DNA of 64,000 bases from Podarcis cretensis. Taxonomy: Eukaryota. How positions within the stretch are numbered: the stretch's first letter is position 1; every line of letters starts with the position of its first letter. The notes under the pieces are model-generated. The model saw nothing but the letters and a program-made list of their open reading frames with translations, was not told the DNA's origin and made no database searches. A program made the translations under genes and the position numbers. The DNA is taken from NCBI GenBank assembly GCA_951804945.1, contig OX638153.1, forward strand, positions 45,136,001-45,200,000, written 5' to 3'. This document shows positions 1-12,773 of this stretch, one piece after another.

Positions 1-3000
1 TCACAGTATTGATGTTTGACTCTGTAGTATCATAGTATCTATACTAGCCATACCATTTGCTACTTGTTTGCATCTCTGGAATGAGTACCAATTGTCTCTG
101 ACTGAGAACCCAGATGGTAAGATGTCCCTGCTGCAGTGAAATAATATCAAGTTCAGGGTCCATCACTTCAAATCTTGTTTCCCCTGAATGGAACTTCTTC
201 TGCCCTGTCATAGTATATCTCTGGATTAACTCGTTTACAGTGCACGGCTGACACTGGTTTGATATCTGCCCGGGTGAAGCAACAGAAAGATGAAATTATG
301 GGTCTATCCTGTATAGAGCAGAGACAGGTATCCTACAGATGATGCAGAAACTGTTAAAAACTGAAGGTGGCCGCTATGGTGGTAGAAGTTATAGCGAGGC
401 TTGCTTGTCTGCTCCTTGCTTGAATATTTAGGGGAGTAAAGGATACCATTTGTACTTCTCCCACAAGCAAGAGGTACTCTGTACATCCTGGGGAATTGTG
501 TGATTCTCTGCATCTCATGTATGACTCGATGACGGGGAGTTTCTTTCTCTTCTTGTATGCCTGCACACTTTCCCCTATTTCTTCATCTTCAAAGTTGGTC
601 CCAGCTCTCACAAGTTGCGTTTTGAACCATAAAGTTGCTCATACCTGATATAAACTAACTTTCTACTAGTCGAGCCCATACAGACTTGTTCCTGCTTTTT
701 ATTCTACTGCCCTATTCCTGTTAGAATGTGAAGAGTGCTTTCATTAAACTGAGAAATGTTGACAGTGAAGATTACTTCACTTCTATTTATCTACTGTATT
801 TATCTGCTGTAACCTTTTATTTATGTACATAGGTCCCTCCCCTCTTTTATTGGTAATACAATAAACTCTTCCCTTAAAAACCTTCTTTGCCTTGAATTCA
901 GAGTTTAGTTTTTTTTTTTTTTAAAATGCAGGATTAATTATTAATAGGACTGGGAATCATGGTCTTAAGAATCTTCACATTTTGAGGGAAAAATCAATTA
1001 ATTATTACTATAAATCTCTGTGATTATGCTGCAGTCGTATTGCTGGGAAATTGGCCATTAACTACCAGGAAATCGCCCATCTCCTATCAGTCAGAATTCA
1101 GCGGCACCAGTAAGCCCCTGTTCCTTTTATAAATTAACTATCAACGTGATGCATAATTGATAACCATCTATAATAATAACAATAATCTCCGTGAAATTGT
1201 GATCCTGCTAGGCAGTAGATTTGTTACAGTCTTCTCCCCCACCCTCCCAAACCCCACAATAGTATCCTATTGCATTTGTTAACTATTAATAGCCAACAGT
1301 TTCTGGCAAACTGAAGCTGAACTTCCTTCTGGGATGCTGTGTTAGACAAACAGATAGGATCATAGCTGTAAGGAGGCAGCATTACCCAGACCTGCAAAAC
1401 GTTGTGATAATACTCGTCTCTTAATGGCATTTGTATAAACCTGTTGGATTACTCTTTAAAAGCAATATTACCAAACAAACCTACAATGACCCCAGTTCAG
1501 CTCTAGTCATGACAGACAGTAGCCCTGAATATGGAGACAAGCACCATCTGGGTGATGCATTTAACCAGTGGACCCAAGATGATCATTGTCATGCAAATGT
1601 AGATCGAGTTACCCGCCAGTCTCCACATTGGCTATGATGCACAGAAACTTGCTAGTATATTTGGATCTCTTGAGCAGTAATGGGGAGAACATATGTGAAG
1701 TCGCTTACACAGCAGCAGATAATTTGCTGCCTGAGGCGAAGGGCAGGACGATGCCCTCTCCCAAGGCACACACAGAAGCCAAGTGGAATGGTAGTTGGCT
1801 GTTACTCCAATCCTGGTGAAAGGACAGTGTCTTCTACTGCAGTTGAAGGAAGCAGGCTAGCATAGGGGAACAGGGCAGGCCACAGGGCACTCCCAGTTCT
1901 GGCCACTCCCCCCACCTCAGCACCTGCTACCTGAGGCAGTTCTTGTTGTCCCTCACCGTAGGGCCAGCCCTGCATGGCAACCCCTCCCCTCACACCTCCT
2001 TCCACTCATTGAGAGCCTCTCTTTCCACATTGCATTCATCGGAAATATGACTTTCCAATATAATTTAGGTTTCAGCTGCACCTTGTCTATATAGTGCAAC
2101 TTTCCAAATGGCTTCTATTACCTTTTGCTTTCCCATGCACGTTCATAGACATGAGCAAATACTACACATTGTTTGAAAATATTTCTAATATATATCTAGA
2201 ACACCAGCCAGTCTCTACCTGTCCGCTGTCTTATTTTACATCCACTCCAGGGGTTGGCACTGCCTATTGGCTTCCTCCTCCTTCGCCTCAGTGTTGTCCC
2301 TTGTAGAACTCAGCAAGGATGGAGACAAAGATAGAATTAGTTGGCTATGCCTGCCATCGGCTGTGGCTTGGTCTGTCATTGGCTGTGGCTCCACCTATTG
2401 GCCTCTTCTGCCCTACCAGCTGTTACTGGACAACTGAAACAAAATGTTGAATTGAATCCTCACCCTCTAACTGGAGAGTTTTTGTTAAGGGTGGAAGCCA
2501 GGATACTGTACGTTTTAGGGTGTTCAAAAGGTCAAATCTCTATTCCCTTCCACTAGATCGTTTTGGGGGTATTTCAGCCCCCAAATAACATTTTTAAAAG
2601 CATACATTGAGTTTCATCTAAGCATCCTGATACCTCCCTCTTATTTATCAGTCCCCACCCCTTCTTTTTGCTTCAGCACTGAACTACTGTACTTGAATTT
2701 TATATTAGCAGGAATAATTTTAATGGAGTGTGAGTTATGTGGAAGTTTGACGTCCTGTAGAAACTGCACATTCATAGATTGACTCCCTGTTATGTGTGCA
2801 TAGTATTTTATAGGCACCTATGTTGTCATTCACATTTGATTAGACTTGCTTTTAAGCACCCTGCAGCTATCTTTTCTCTTTGAGTAATTATGCTGAGGTT
2901 CATGACTCTTACAAAGGAATCCACTTTACTATTAATTTACTTCTGAATAGTGCTGATCTTAGGTAGGCTTAAGGGAAGGTTGCCAGGCTGTTAACAGGTG

Positions 3001-3372
3001 CTAGTGATAAGTTCAATTTTAGCATTATGGGATAGAAGCTGTGGGATACATATATGAAACTTCAAACCTCTTCTAGAACCCAAGCTTCAAATGTATGTCC
3101 TCTCACAAACATTACTTAGGCACCAATCAGTGGAACCTCAAAGGACACCCAAGTGAGCAAGTACTGTATTGAGATTGTCAAACACACCATATTCTGGGTC
3201 ACATTTCCCCCACCACCACCACCTTGTCATCCAGAAAGGAATCACATGTAGGGTTGTTTTACTTGGTAAAATTTTAATGCATTTGGTATACAGTTGCCTG
3301 AAATCTGATGTTGGTACAAGGTCTTTTTTCTCCTTTTCACTTTTTCCAAGTTCATTTAAGTATGGTGTGAGC

Positions 3373-3490
3373 CAGGGCTTTTTTTTCCAGCCAGAACTCA
3401 CTTCTGGCACCTCTCAGGGGGGTGCCATTGCCATTATAAGAGAACAAGGGAGGCATTCATGGTGAGTTCCGGCAACTCTTTTTTCTAACA
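3373..3490. repeat. Interspersed repeat fragment (second copy near 51443-51525)
   Basis: Both copies share tgccat(t/a)ataagagaacaaggga...cattcatggtg. Family not identified, probably a non-autonomous DNA transposon. Confidence 0.55.
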
Positions 3491-3552
3491 TCCTCTGCTT
3501 TTTCCTCCTTGCTGTTTCACATGCTACAGCACAGATTAGACCATCTTGTAGG

Positions 3553-3685
3553 TCGGGATTGGCTAGCCTGTGGCCCTCCAGATGTACTACACCTCCCATC
3601 ATCCATGACCTTTGGCAGTGTTGGCTGAGGCTGATGGGAGTAGGAATCCAGCAACATCTGGAGGACCACAGGTTAGTCATTTCTG
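3553..3685. mobile_element. Short palindromic hAT-like MITE (related degenerate copies near 11895-12028 and 59455-59572)
   Basis: cctgtggccctccagatgt...acatctggaggaccacagg inverted arms with an inner ctcccatca / tgatgggag pair. Confidence 0.65.
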
Positions 3686-5564
3686 TTATAGATTGGTCTC
3701 ACACATACAAGTTATTTGCTGGTATTATAAAACTAGGCACCAATAAATAGACTTATATAAATTATAGCTAAATTATCAAGATTAGCATCAACAGAGTAGA
3801 ATGGAAGGGCAAGGTGTGAATTATGTGTGTGTGTAATAGAATTCAATTAAAATTCCAGATTTTGTCAATAGTATGAATAAATTAAACCTGTATGGTAGAT
3901 ATTATTTACATAAACTGGCCAAATCTCTGTAAATGCACTTATTGATTTCTGTTAGTCTTTGATGCAGTCTCCTTAAAATGAAGCCTTCTTTTCAACTGAT
4001 CGGCACTGCACTAGCAAGTTCCCAATGGTGGACTCCTTAGTGCATTCGGATCCCAGCTGTCAGCCAGTTTTAAGTTCCCCAGTTTACTTTTGTAGCCCTT
4101 TCCTTACCTGTCCCACACCTGATATGACATCAGGATGTGGGCAGGTGGCCATGGATTGGGGGAAATGGCCTCATGGGCCAAACTCGGACCTGGGCTGGGC
4201 TTAATTAGGCCTGTGGACTGGAGGTTCTCCACACCTGCTCTAGAATCTTTTATTGCATTTACTTGGGCTGTGGGTTTGCAGGAAGCATCATGAAGGAATG
4301 TACTGGGGGAAAGCATGTTTTAAAATGCAAGAGGACATGAGCTAGAAGCTGTGGCAAAGAACAAGCTGAGCTGAGATGTTCCACCTCAGGCTACCAAAAG
4401 TGATGCAGACTCTGGTTTCTAAGCCTTAATCGGAAACATGCAACCCATTTCACATTTATTCTCAGCAACTTGGGGCTTGGACTTAAAAGCAACAACAACT
4501 GAAAAGCTCTGGTTGAGACAGCAGGGTCATTGCTCCAGGGTATGAGCAAAGACCCTTGACTTCATATCTTTGAGCTTTGCTGTATGCAAAGCCAATTTAC
4601 TATATACAGTTGAAATACTGTACAACAAAATCTAGATGACGGTGCAGTCCCAGTGCATATAGATAAGGGCTTCCTTCTAAAAAAAACCCCACTGGTTGTG
4701 CTGACAAAGGCATTGCATTACACATATGTTAATATATCTAGTGTAAGCATTCTTACGTCTAGTTCAACCAACATCAAGCTCAAATGACCAAGAATGCATG
4801 ATAGTAAAAATCCATAAAGGCAGACATATAGAGAATATAGAGAGAATAGTATATAGCTTCAGCAGCAACAAGGCAAAGTCTGAGATGAAAAGCAGATATA
4901 GTCTCCAGAAGGAGTAGATGCTATAGCCACCCTGTGTCTGCAACGCTTCTTTACAGTTCCGTTTAAACGTTTGCTGTCCCATATCTGCAGCAGGAGTTTG
5001 CGTAATTAACAAAATGTTGCATAGTGAACAAAATGTCTTAATGGCAGCAGTTGTGTGTGTCTTTTGGTGGGGATGTTCCTCCTCTCCCTGCATTAGTCTG
5101 CTCCAGCGAGGCTATGTCTATTCCATGTAATATGATAGTGCACCACTGTTATGCTTTAAGCATTGAAGCTGGCAGTTGCTAGTGTCGTGGTGCCAGCTTG
5201 CTCTCTTGTCCTCAAAGCATGACTGTGGTGCAGCGCCACTGGCTATGATATGCTGCTTCCACAGCACTCATTTGGGCACTTTAGGGGAAAGTGTATGAAC
5301 TTCTAACTGCTGTGTTGCAGTTAGAAATAAAAATCTAGCCCTAAAACAAAAATGTGTGCAAACATTTCTATTTTTCCCCATCACTTGCACAGTGAACATG
5401 GGGCACCCAGATTTTAGCTCATTGTCTTAGGAGCGAAATGCACCAAAACTGTTTTCATTCTGATGATATGAGAAGCATTTCTAGACAGTTTCGATACAGA
5501 TGTTGTTTTACAAAGGGCCAACGATGTACAACTCTCTTCTTGTTGCAGGATTCAAAGTGACGTT

Positions 5565-5594
5565 ATGCACTCGGACTACTGTGAATTTCCATAA
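5565..5594 (+). other. Upstream ORF (MHSDYCEFP*) in the 5' UTR part of the CtBP2-L exon
   Basis: ATG CAC TCG GAC TAC TGT GAA TTT CCA TAA lies inside exon 5549-5709, in the same frame as the main ATG, and ends 57 nt before it. Confidence 0.6.
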
Positions 5595-5651
5595 GTTCTT
5601 GGGGGATTGCTTTATCCTTTGATTCCAAAAGTTGTAAAACACAGTAGCGCA

Positions 5652-5709
5652 ATGGCACTTGTGGACAAACACAAAGTCAAACGGCAGCGATTGGACAGAA
5701 TTTGTGAAG
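5652..5709 (+). CDS. CTBP2: CtBP2-L first coding exon, coding part (MALVDKHKVKRQRLDRICE-G); whole exon 5549-5709
   Basis: ATG at 5652 translates to the recognisable CtBP2 N-terminus with the KVKRQR NLS. Acceptor ttcttgttgcag ends at 5548 and donor AAG|GTAAGC starts at 5710. 58 coding nt gives phase 1, matching the shared exon at 61229. Too short for the ORF track. Confidence 0.97.
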
Positions 5710-6649
5710 GTAAGCCTTGATGTAACCTATACATCTACTGAACAATTCCTAAGACTTTTAGGAAACTTGCCGATCTCACATTTCATTTTATGGAAAGCTA
5801 GTTCAGTGCTAATGCCCTCGTAGAAATACAACACAAAGCAGAGAGCTGCAGCCTGGCAATGTATTTGTACCTTGTAGTTGTAGACAATTCACATTATATG
5901 TATATATTTTTTCATGCCACTTAATATGCAAAACCTTGCCTTTATTTGGTAATGTTCAGGTGCTGGAATTATCCTACATCTACTCCTAATGTGAAAAAAT
6001 TTAAGACATCCTTTGAAAATCCCAAACCCACATAACTTGGTTTGTAAAATGTAAAGCCAATTGCATTACAGTATTACTTTCTTCTCCCATTCTTCCAGTT
6101 TACATTTGGCTGCTTTTTTCACTAATGGGAGAAGTCAACATTTTATTTGTTTATTTCAACATTTATGACAAAATCACCCTTGGTTTAGAGATAAAAATAC
6201 AAATCTCAACAAAATAAATCAATCCTAACAATAAACAAAATAAGCAGAGAGTTAGGAAACACATAATAAAAACTACCTCGACAACAGCGGAATGCTAGCC
6301 TTGAACATTTGTTGCAGTAACTTCTATGAAGGCAAAGAAATGTTGTTGCTGCCAAAAATAGATCTCCGTATCAGGTTTCCTTCTATTATTCCATAATATC
6401 AGCTTCAGCTTGCCTCCATGGTTCTGAAAAGCATTTCCCTGTCTTTGCCAGCACCAGCCAGTGATGTGAAGTGGACATGAGAAAATGCACATTTTGTAAT
6501 GAATTCCTGGGCAATGCTTAGGTGTGTGGTGTCGTGTGGGGAGGTTACTTCCCATGGTGTTGTCTTTTTAGTGGCAGTCCTGCCCTTCTCTGCAATATGT
6601 GGTTCTTCCCCAAAGCTCAAGAAAAGCGCGTGAGGTGGTTGTAGATGTA

Positions 6650-6872
6650 CAGTCTTACCTTGAAAGTCGAATGGAATCCATTCCGGAAGTCCAAAGCACA
6701 GCTTCTGATTGGCTGCAGGAAACTCCTGCAGCCAATCAGAAGCCGCGGAAAACCCACTGGACATTTGACTTCCAAAAATAGTTTGCAAACCAGAACAGTC
6801 ACTTCCGTGTTTGCGGCGTTTAGGAGCCAAAACATTCAGGAACTAAGCTGTTCCAAAACCAAGGTACGACTG
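6650..6872. mobile_element. Tc1/mariner(pogo/Tigger)-type MITE with internal 20-bp perfect palindrome
   Basis: TIRs CAGTCTTACCTTG / CAAGGTACGACTG with TA on the left. Internal inverted repeat 6701-6720 / 6724-6743. Confidence 0.8.
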
Positions 6873-9800
6873 TCATTAGTTAGTTATTTGCTCACCATCA
6901 TCATTGGTTTATCTCCATACTGCTTTTTTGGCCCTTCAAAGCTGTGAACAGTGTCTTATGTAAGATAATACAATCAAATTATAGTAAATACAACTACAAA
7001 AAAGGACCACGCAGTAAATCAATAAAAATATAAAATAGCAGCAACCCAGGCACACCATGAATTAAAACTTGTATACCTTCATGGGGTTCATGTGTGCTCT
7101 CCCCACTAACACAGCTGCCATCCACAAACAATGGGACACACAATAGACTTTTCTCTGGAAACAGCTGCAGGCAGTACTCCCCCCCCCCCGGGGGGGGTAC
7201 TCACCTCTTTTTGTGGGGGGAAGGGGGTTATAAAGTGTGGCACTTACTGTAACAACTTCACGGTGAGTATCCTCACCTATTTTTCTAGGGGGGGAAGCAC
7301 TGACTACAGCTGTGGCAAAGTTATTACAGTTGCTGTCCAGGGCAGGGCTAGCTGGCTCAACCTTTGGCTTCCCAACAGGCTGTAGTTCCCCAGGAGCAGG
7401 CACGTTAAAGAAAGGCTGGAGTTGGTATTCAGCTTCTAGCTGGCAGTGGTCCTGTTTCTGCTACCTGCCACCTCTCAACCCACAGCAGCTTCTAAATAAA
7501 CAGCTCTTTCAAAATTGCAGTTGTTCTCTGGGGTGGGGCTGTCTAGCCGAAACTTCTGGCTTCTCAGCAAGGCTGCGCAGTTTCACATGGCTCTTCTTAG
7601 AATAGGAAGAACACATATTCTCTTTCTGAAAAAGGAAACGTGGCAAAGTGTTGAGATTTCAGCTCGGTAAGGATTTTTGTTGGTTTGAATAATCAGAATT
7701 GAATTACTGCTGGCAATGAATTCACCTGGGCTATAAGGGTGCATGTAAACTTATGGCCACATGTATTGTGTCGATACTGTAGTGTTTTTTAGAGATGATT
7801 TTTCTCTCTATAAAAGAGCCATAATTTTTGACTGAGAACTTCAGCTTTTGTGCCTCAGGTTGCATTAAAAACCGTTGGAGAGCGTATTAACAGTCAAGGA
7901 TAGTCTGCCATGGATTGCCATATTGCTCAGCATTTTAAAAGTAATGTTAAATAAATAAAACAGGCACTCCAGGAAATTAAGACTAGGATTTTGTAGTGAC
8001 ACTTTCCTTGCTCAACAGCTTTGACAGTATATGGTGATGACCAAGCATAATGAGAACTTCTGTGCACATGAGTTTGAGATCAATCAAAATGCAAAAGTGA
8101 TTGCAACTAGACAGGCTTTTTGTGAGGTATTGTTGTTGGCAAAATAAGTCTGGGAAAAAAGTCTGAAAGAAATTATATAAACATAGATAAATTTAATGCT
8201 CCTTCAGGTCCCGTCCCCCAAAGTGTATGTCTAGATGTTTTTTGAAGTAGGGATCTGTTACAGCTTAGATTTTGGGGATTTGTTTCATTGCGGTTGGACA
8301 ACTGCAGTCCACAAAGCACTGCTCCTGTTCCGTTCTTCGTTGTCTTAATGGGTTTGTGCAGGATAATTGTTTGGTGTGAAACAAAACACTGTTAGTAGTT
8401 AATCTATCTCTGCTGCTGGTCTAGACAGTGTATCTCTTATTTACTTATGAGGCAAATAAAAGTAGTGCCAGGATCGACAGTGTCAGACTTTCTAATGGGT
8501 TCACTGATACGTCTGCATGATGAGAGTTGCTGGTCATCTTATAAATGTTTTACAGGCAGTGGGCAGGGGGAGAAAAAGAACAGAGGGACATTCAATGAGC
8601 CAGAGCTTAAATCATGTCTTCTAAGTGATTACCTACATCTAAGGGTGCAGTCTGTGTAGAAAGATTGCCTCAGCCATAAGGAATTCTAGAGAAAATGAAC
8701 CTAGGCATGGATTGTAAAATTTGAACATTTAGAGACTGAGGCAGAAGTTTTATTTTTAAAACACAAAACCTTGTTCTCTTAGAAATATGCAAATATAATT
8801 ATAATTTACAAAGAGTGCTGTGGGACAAGCTTTTGTAGGCAACAGTCTGTTTTATTGGACAGATAAAGAAAGCTAAGTTCTTTTTTAAAAAAAGAAAAAC
8901 ACTGGAGCCATTCAAGATATTTTGCTGTCCGAGGCAAAAGACAAGATGACCTTCCACAATAAAAAGTTGAACAGACAAGCAGTTGAATTTTACTTCAACA
9001 GTGGCATTGTGAAAGCATCTGCTGACATACCTGAAGGCAACAGGTGAGCTTAGGTGGTGCAGGGTAGGCTGTTTTACACTGCCCAGCATTTGGCTTCTCA
9101 CACTGTCAGTGGTAGGCCTGACCCTGAGATGTGAGGTATTTGCTAGCATTTAAGGTACCATATGATTCTTCAGCCTTTTTTTTTTTTTTTTTTTGCTACA
9201 ACAGTTGTTTTTGTTTAATGTTTTGTGCTCTTATTCCACTCTACACTCACACACCTTCACCCATTACTTCTAAGTTTGCCTTGAATTATTTAGCCATTAC
9301 TCGAGAGTAGGCTGATGCTAGTGACAGTTGTCCACATACAAGCCTCCTGTGAAACACATTATTGATACTGATATCTCTTGGAAAGCCATGTTCTCTATCA
9401 TACAGAAGTGAATTTTAAACTCAAAGCCGAGAGCTCATAGTTGTGGCAGCAAAAAAAAAGGGGGGGGTGTCTTCGTTTCATCATGTAATAACAGAAAAAT
9501 GTTAAAGCCATTCCACCTGTCAGCTTAATTAACCCAATCAAAATTGGGTTTATCTTCTCCAGAGCAGAGCAAAAGTATGCTTCCTTTGTAATCCTGAAAA
9601 AAATGCTGACAACTGCCAGAATTGTATTGCAGAAGGGAGAGGGCTGTGCTCCTACCCATCAGAATGCCATAAACACGCAGGTGTAGTACTCTATCTCATC
9701 TCTAAAGCAGACTTTGAACCTGACTTAAAAGGGTTCTATCAGGCGGCTTTAGATTTTTCAAAAGCCACCCTTCCAGTTTGATGTTTGCTATCAGATGTGG

Positions 9801-10667
9801 TTGCTAAGTGTACAAGAAACTTAGGAGGATCAGAGGACAAACCAACCCACAAAGCATTAGATACAATTGAAGTTTAGATTATTTTCCTCTGAACAATGGA
9901 TTTTACGAGTCTTCCTTTTCCGTCTGTTTTTTCTGGCCAATATTTCTCTCTCTCTAATCTGTAAAGGTGCAGTTTACATAAACCCAGAAATCCATTTGTC
10001 GTTTGCCAAGTACGTTTGCAATTTTAATTACACTGAAGGGATTTGCTGCTGTCACACACCGCACAACATGCTTTTGCAACTGCTATTAAAACATGGGAAA
10101 AACAGATTATGACTAAATGCAATTAAGAAGTACTTTAAAAATAATACTGAAAAATAATTTTTCATGGATAAGGATCATGGGTTTTCAATTCATTTCAAAT
10201 TTTTCTGTGACTGTTTTGGTTGATTGTGGATAATGATTATTGTATAATGTTGAAAAGATCCAGCTTTTTACCTGGTGCAATATACTTAGATATCTTAAAC
10301 CATTATAAGGAATAATGGTGGCTGATGAGACTTTTCCCTGCTTTAAATCTTCTTTGAGGTCGTTATAATCAGTAGAATGGATTAAAAGAAATACTTGTTA
10401 GTCCAAAGGTAATATGCAGTGCAGCATAAAATGTACCATTTTTTATGTATATGCTTATCACATCTTATTTCGGGGGGGGTGGGGAATGACCATTTGCTAA
10501 AGGTTATTGCTTTCATTGCTATAAGAATTAGCCCAAAAAGATTAGCCTGTTACACACAGAAATTGAGAACATCCAAGGATTCAGGTTCAATGCATTAATG
10601 CTTAAAAAAAGTAAGACAAGAATATCTGGGCAAACATAAGTTTGGCATTGCTGTTTAGTGACCATTA

Positions 10668-10941
10668 CAACTGGGTGAGATCCTGTTGATTGGTCCCTGC
10701 TCCTGCCAACCTAGCAGTTTGAAAGCACAAAGTGCAAGTAGATAAATAGGTACCGCTCCAGCAGAAAGGTAAACGGCTTTTCCATGCACTGCTGTGGCTC
10801 ACCAGAAGTGGCTTAGTCATGCTGGCCACATGACCTAGAAGCTGTACACCGGCTCCCTTGGCCAATAAAGCGAGATGAGCGCCGCAACCCCAGAGTCGTC
10901 CATGACTGGACCTAATGGTCAGGGGTCCCTTTACCTTTACC
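10668..10941 (+). mobile_element. Sauria SINE, 5'-truncated
   Basis: Body gtgcaagtagataaataggtacc...gggtccc followed by an (ACCTTT)n tail. Confidence 0.9.
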
Positions 10942-12597
10942 ATACCCTATTCTTAGTTCTTGCTTTGTGATAAGTTGTTATGGATGGGAGGGTATGGATG
11001 GGAGAGTGCTGGGACAGTTCTCAAGATGGGGATCATAGCATAGCCATGCATCAGCTTACCATTAGTAATTATATTGAGACTACAGAATGATAAACACATA
11101 GGAAATCAGGTGGATTCCTTTAATGGCTGGCATTTAAAATTCCAGAAACAAACATTAGAGATTTAAATGAGTTTGCCCTGAAGTACTTGTGTATAGAAGG
11201 AAAAGACTATGATGATATGCTAAATTGCTGTGAATGAGTCCAATTGGTCAGCATCATACAGGAGTGATAAGAATAACAATTTGTATTAAGCTGCAGGTAC
11301 AGGTTTTGAGTCATGCTGGTATTACTTCTGTATCTTTATTATTCCCTAGCCCAGTTTTAATCACTCTGTTTTGAGAAGTGTAGCGTTCAAAATGTCAGGA
11401 TGCGAAATGTTGCAGCATGCTGGCAGTCCTATGAAATACATATCTTAATACAACTACAGACCATGCACACTGCGTGTGCTCCGTAAGAACTTTTTAGCAG
11501 AAGTCTTAGACCACTTCTTCTTCCACATGGCCCAGAATAGCAATGCATACAGGTGTAGTGGTCAACGGCACTGTATCACGGGAAAGGGGGGGGGAGAGTT
11601 CACTTCCTGTCTTGTGCACTCTGGTGCTAGTGGTGATTTGGGGCATCAGCCACTGCTACTGTTTGTGCCTGCACCAACAGCATAAGACTCCAAGCCGACC
11701 TCTGATCCCCTGTAATCCTTGTTCTCTCTCTCTTGGCTTCTGAAGAGAAAAGAGCCTGGCTTGGCTGGGAAGCAGAACTGTAGAAGGCAGCAGACTGCCT
11801 GCAATCCCTGTTAGCAAATAAATGGTAGTTTGCACTGGTAGTGTTTATACCTCATTGAATTCATTTAAAATCCAGGATAGATTAATCTTTGTAAGTGGCT
11901 AACCTTTGGCCCACCAGACATTTATGGGTTCCAACTTCCACCGACCCTAATCATCACTGTCAATGATGATGGAAATTGTTGTCCAACAGCTTGGGTGTGG
12001 GTGGGTGGATAAGTCAGCCACCCTTGCCTGGCAGGATTTTAGCCCACTCTTACAGATGGCCAGACTAGTTAGTAGCAGTATATATGTAGTTAGAATGAAT
12101 GCTCCCCACAGGTTTAAGTGAAATTCCCTTAACCCGCAAAGGAGATGCTACATAGGCTTCAAAGGAGGCAGATGTGCAGTCATTTCTATGTAATTCTCCA
12201 AACTGTGCACCTGTTGCTCCCTTTTCTTACAGCATCTAAAGTTTGAGTACAGAGAAATCTATATGAGGAAATTTAGAGTATGAGATAGACGTGACACAAG
12301 CTGTGTAGATAAACATCTTGTACATTACATTTGGTGAAGCGTAAAACAGGTGAATGAAGCCCTGACAACTCGCCGAGCTTTACCTCTTTTGTAACAAAGG
12401 CAGCAATAAAGAGAGAACATAATTTTGCTTGCGTTTTTCTCAACACACAATTCCAAAATGTTTATTGTGTCTTGTTTTTTAAAAAAACAGACTTGGTTTT
12501 CATGTTACATGCTGAAAAGTATAGACAGATCCTGGGAAACATTTAAATATCTACATAGGAAGCTGCAATGTTCTCTAGGCAGAGTACTTGTTAACAT

Positions 12598-12773
12598 GCT
12601 GTATTATGCCAAGTCAGGCATTGGTTAGTCTACTTCAGCGCTGTCAAAGCTGACTGGCAGCAGATCTTAAGGATTTCAGGCTGGAGTCTTTTCCGAGCCC
12701 AGTCTAGAGAAGCTGTGGGTTGAGGTTGGATCCTTTTGCATGCACTCGTACCATTGAGCCACAGCCCCTCCCC
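12598..12773 (-). mobile_element. Degenerate tRNA-derived squamate SINE (Squam3-like)
   Basis: Reverse complement reads ggggctgtggctcaatggtacgagtgcatgcaaaaggatcc (A/B-box head) followed by a ctgctgccagtcag...accaatgcctgacttggcataa body. Confidence 0.65.

Noticed and set aside
6405-6830. 141-aa ORF starting MAPKRRKH (resembles a pogo/Tigger transposase start or NLS)
   Set aside because: Begins at a non-ATG codon inside a short MITE and runs into flanking DNA; no HTH or DDE motifs.
7173-7202. C11/G8 near-palindrome flanked by GTAC
   Set aside because: Low-complexity homopolymers, probably within a decayed DNA-transposon remnant; no further support.
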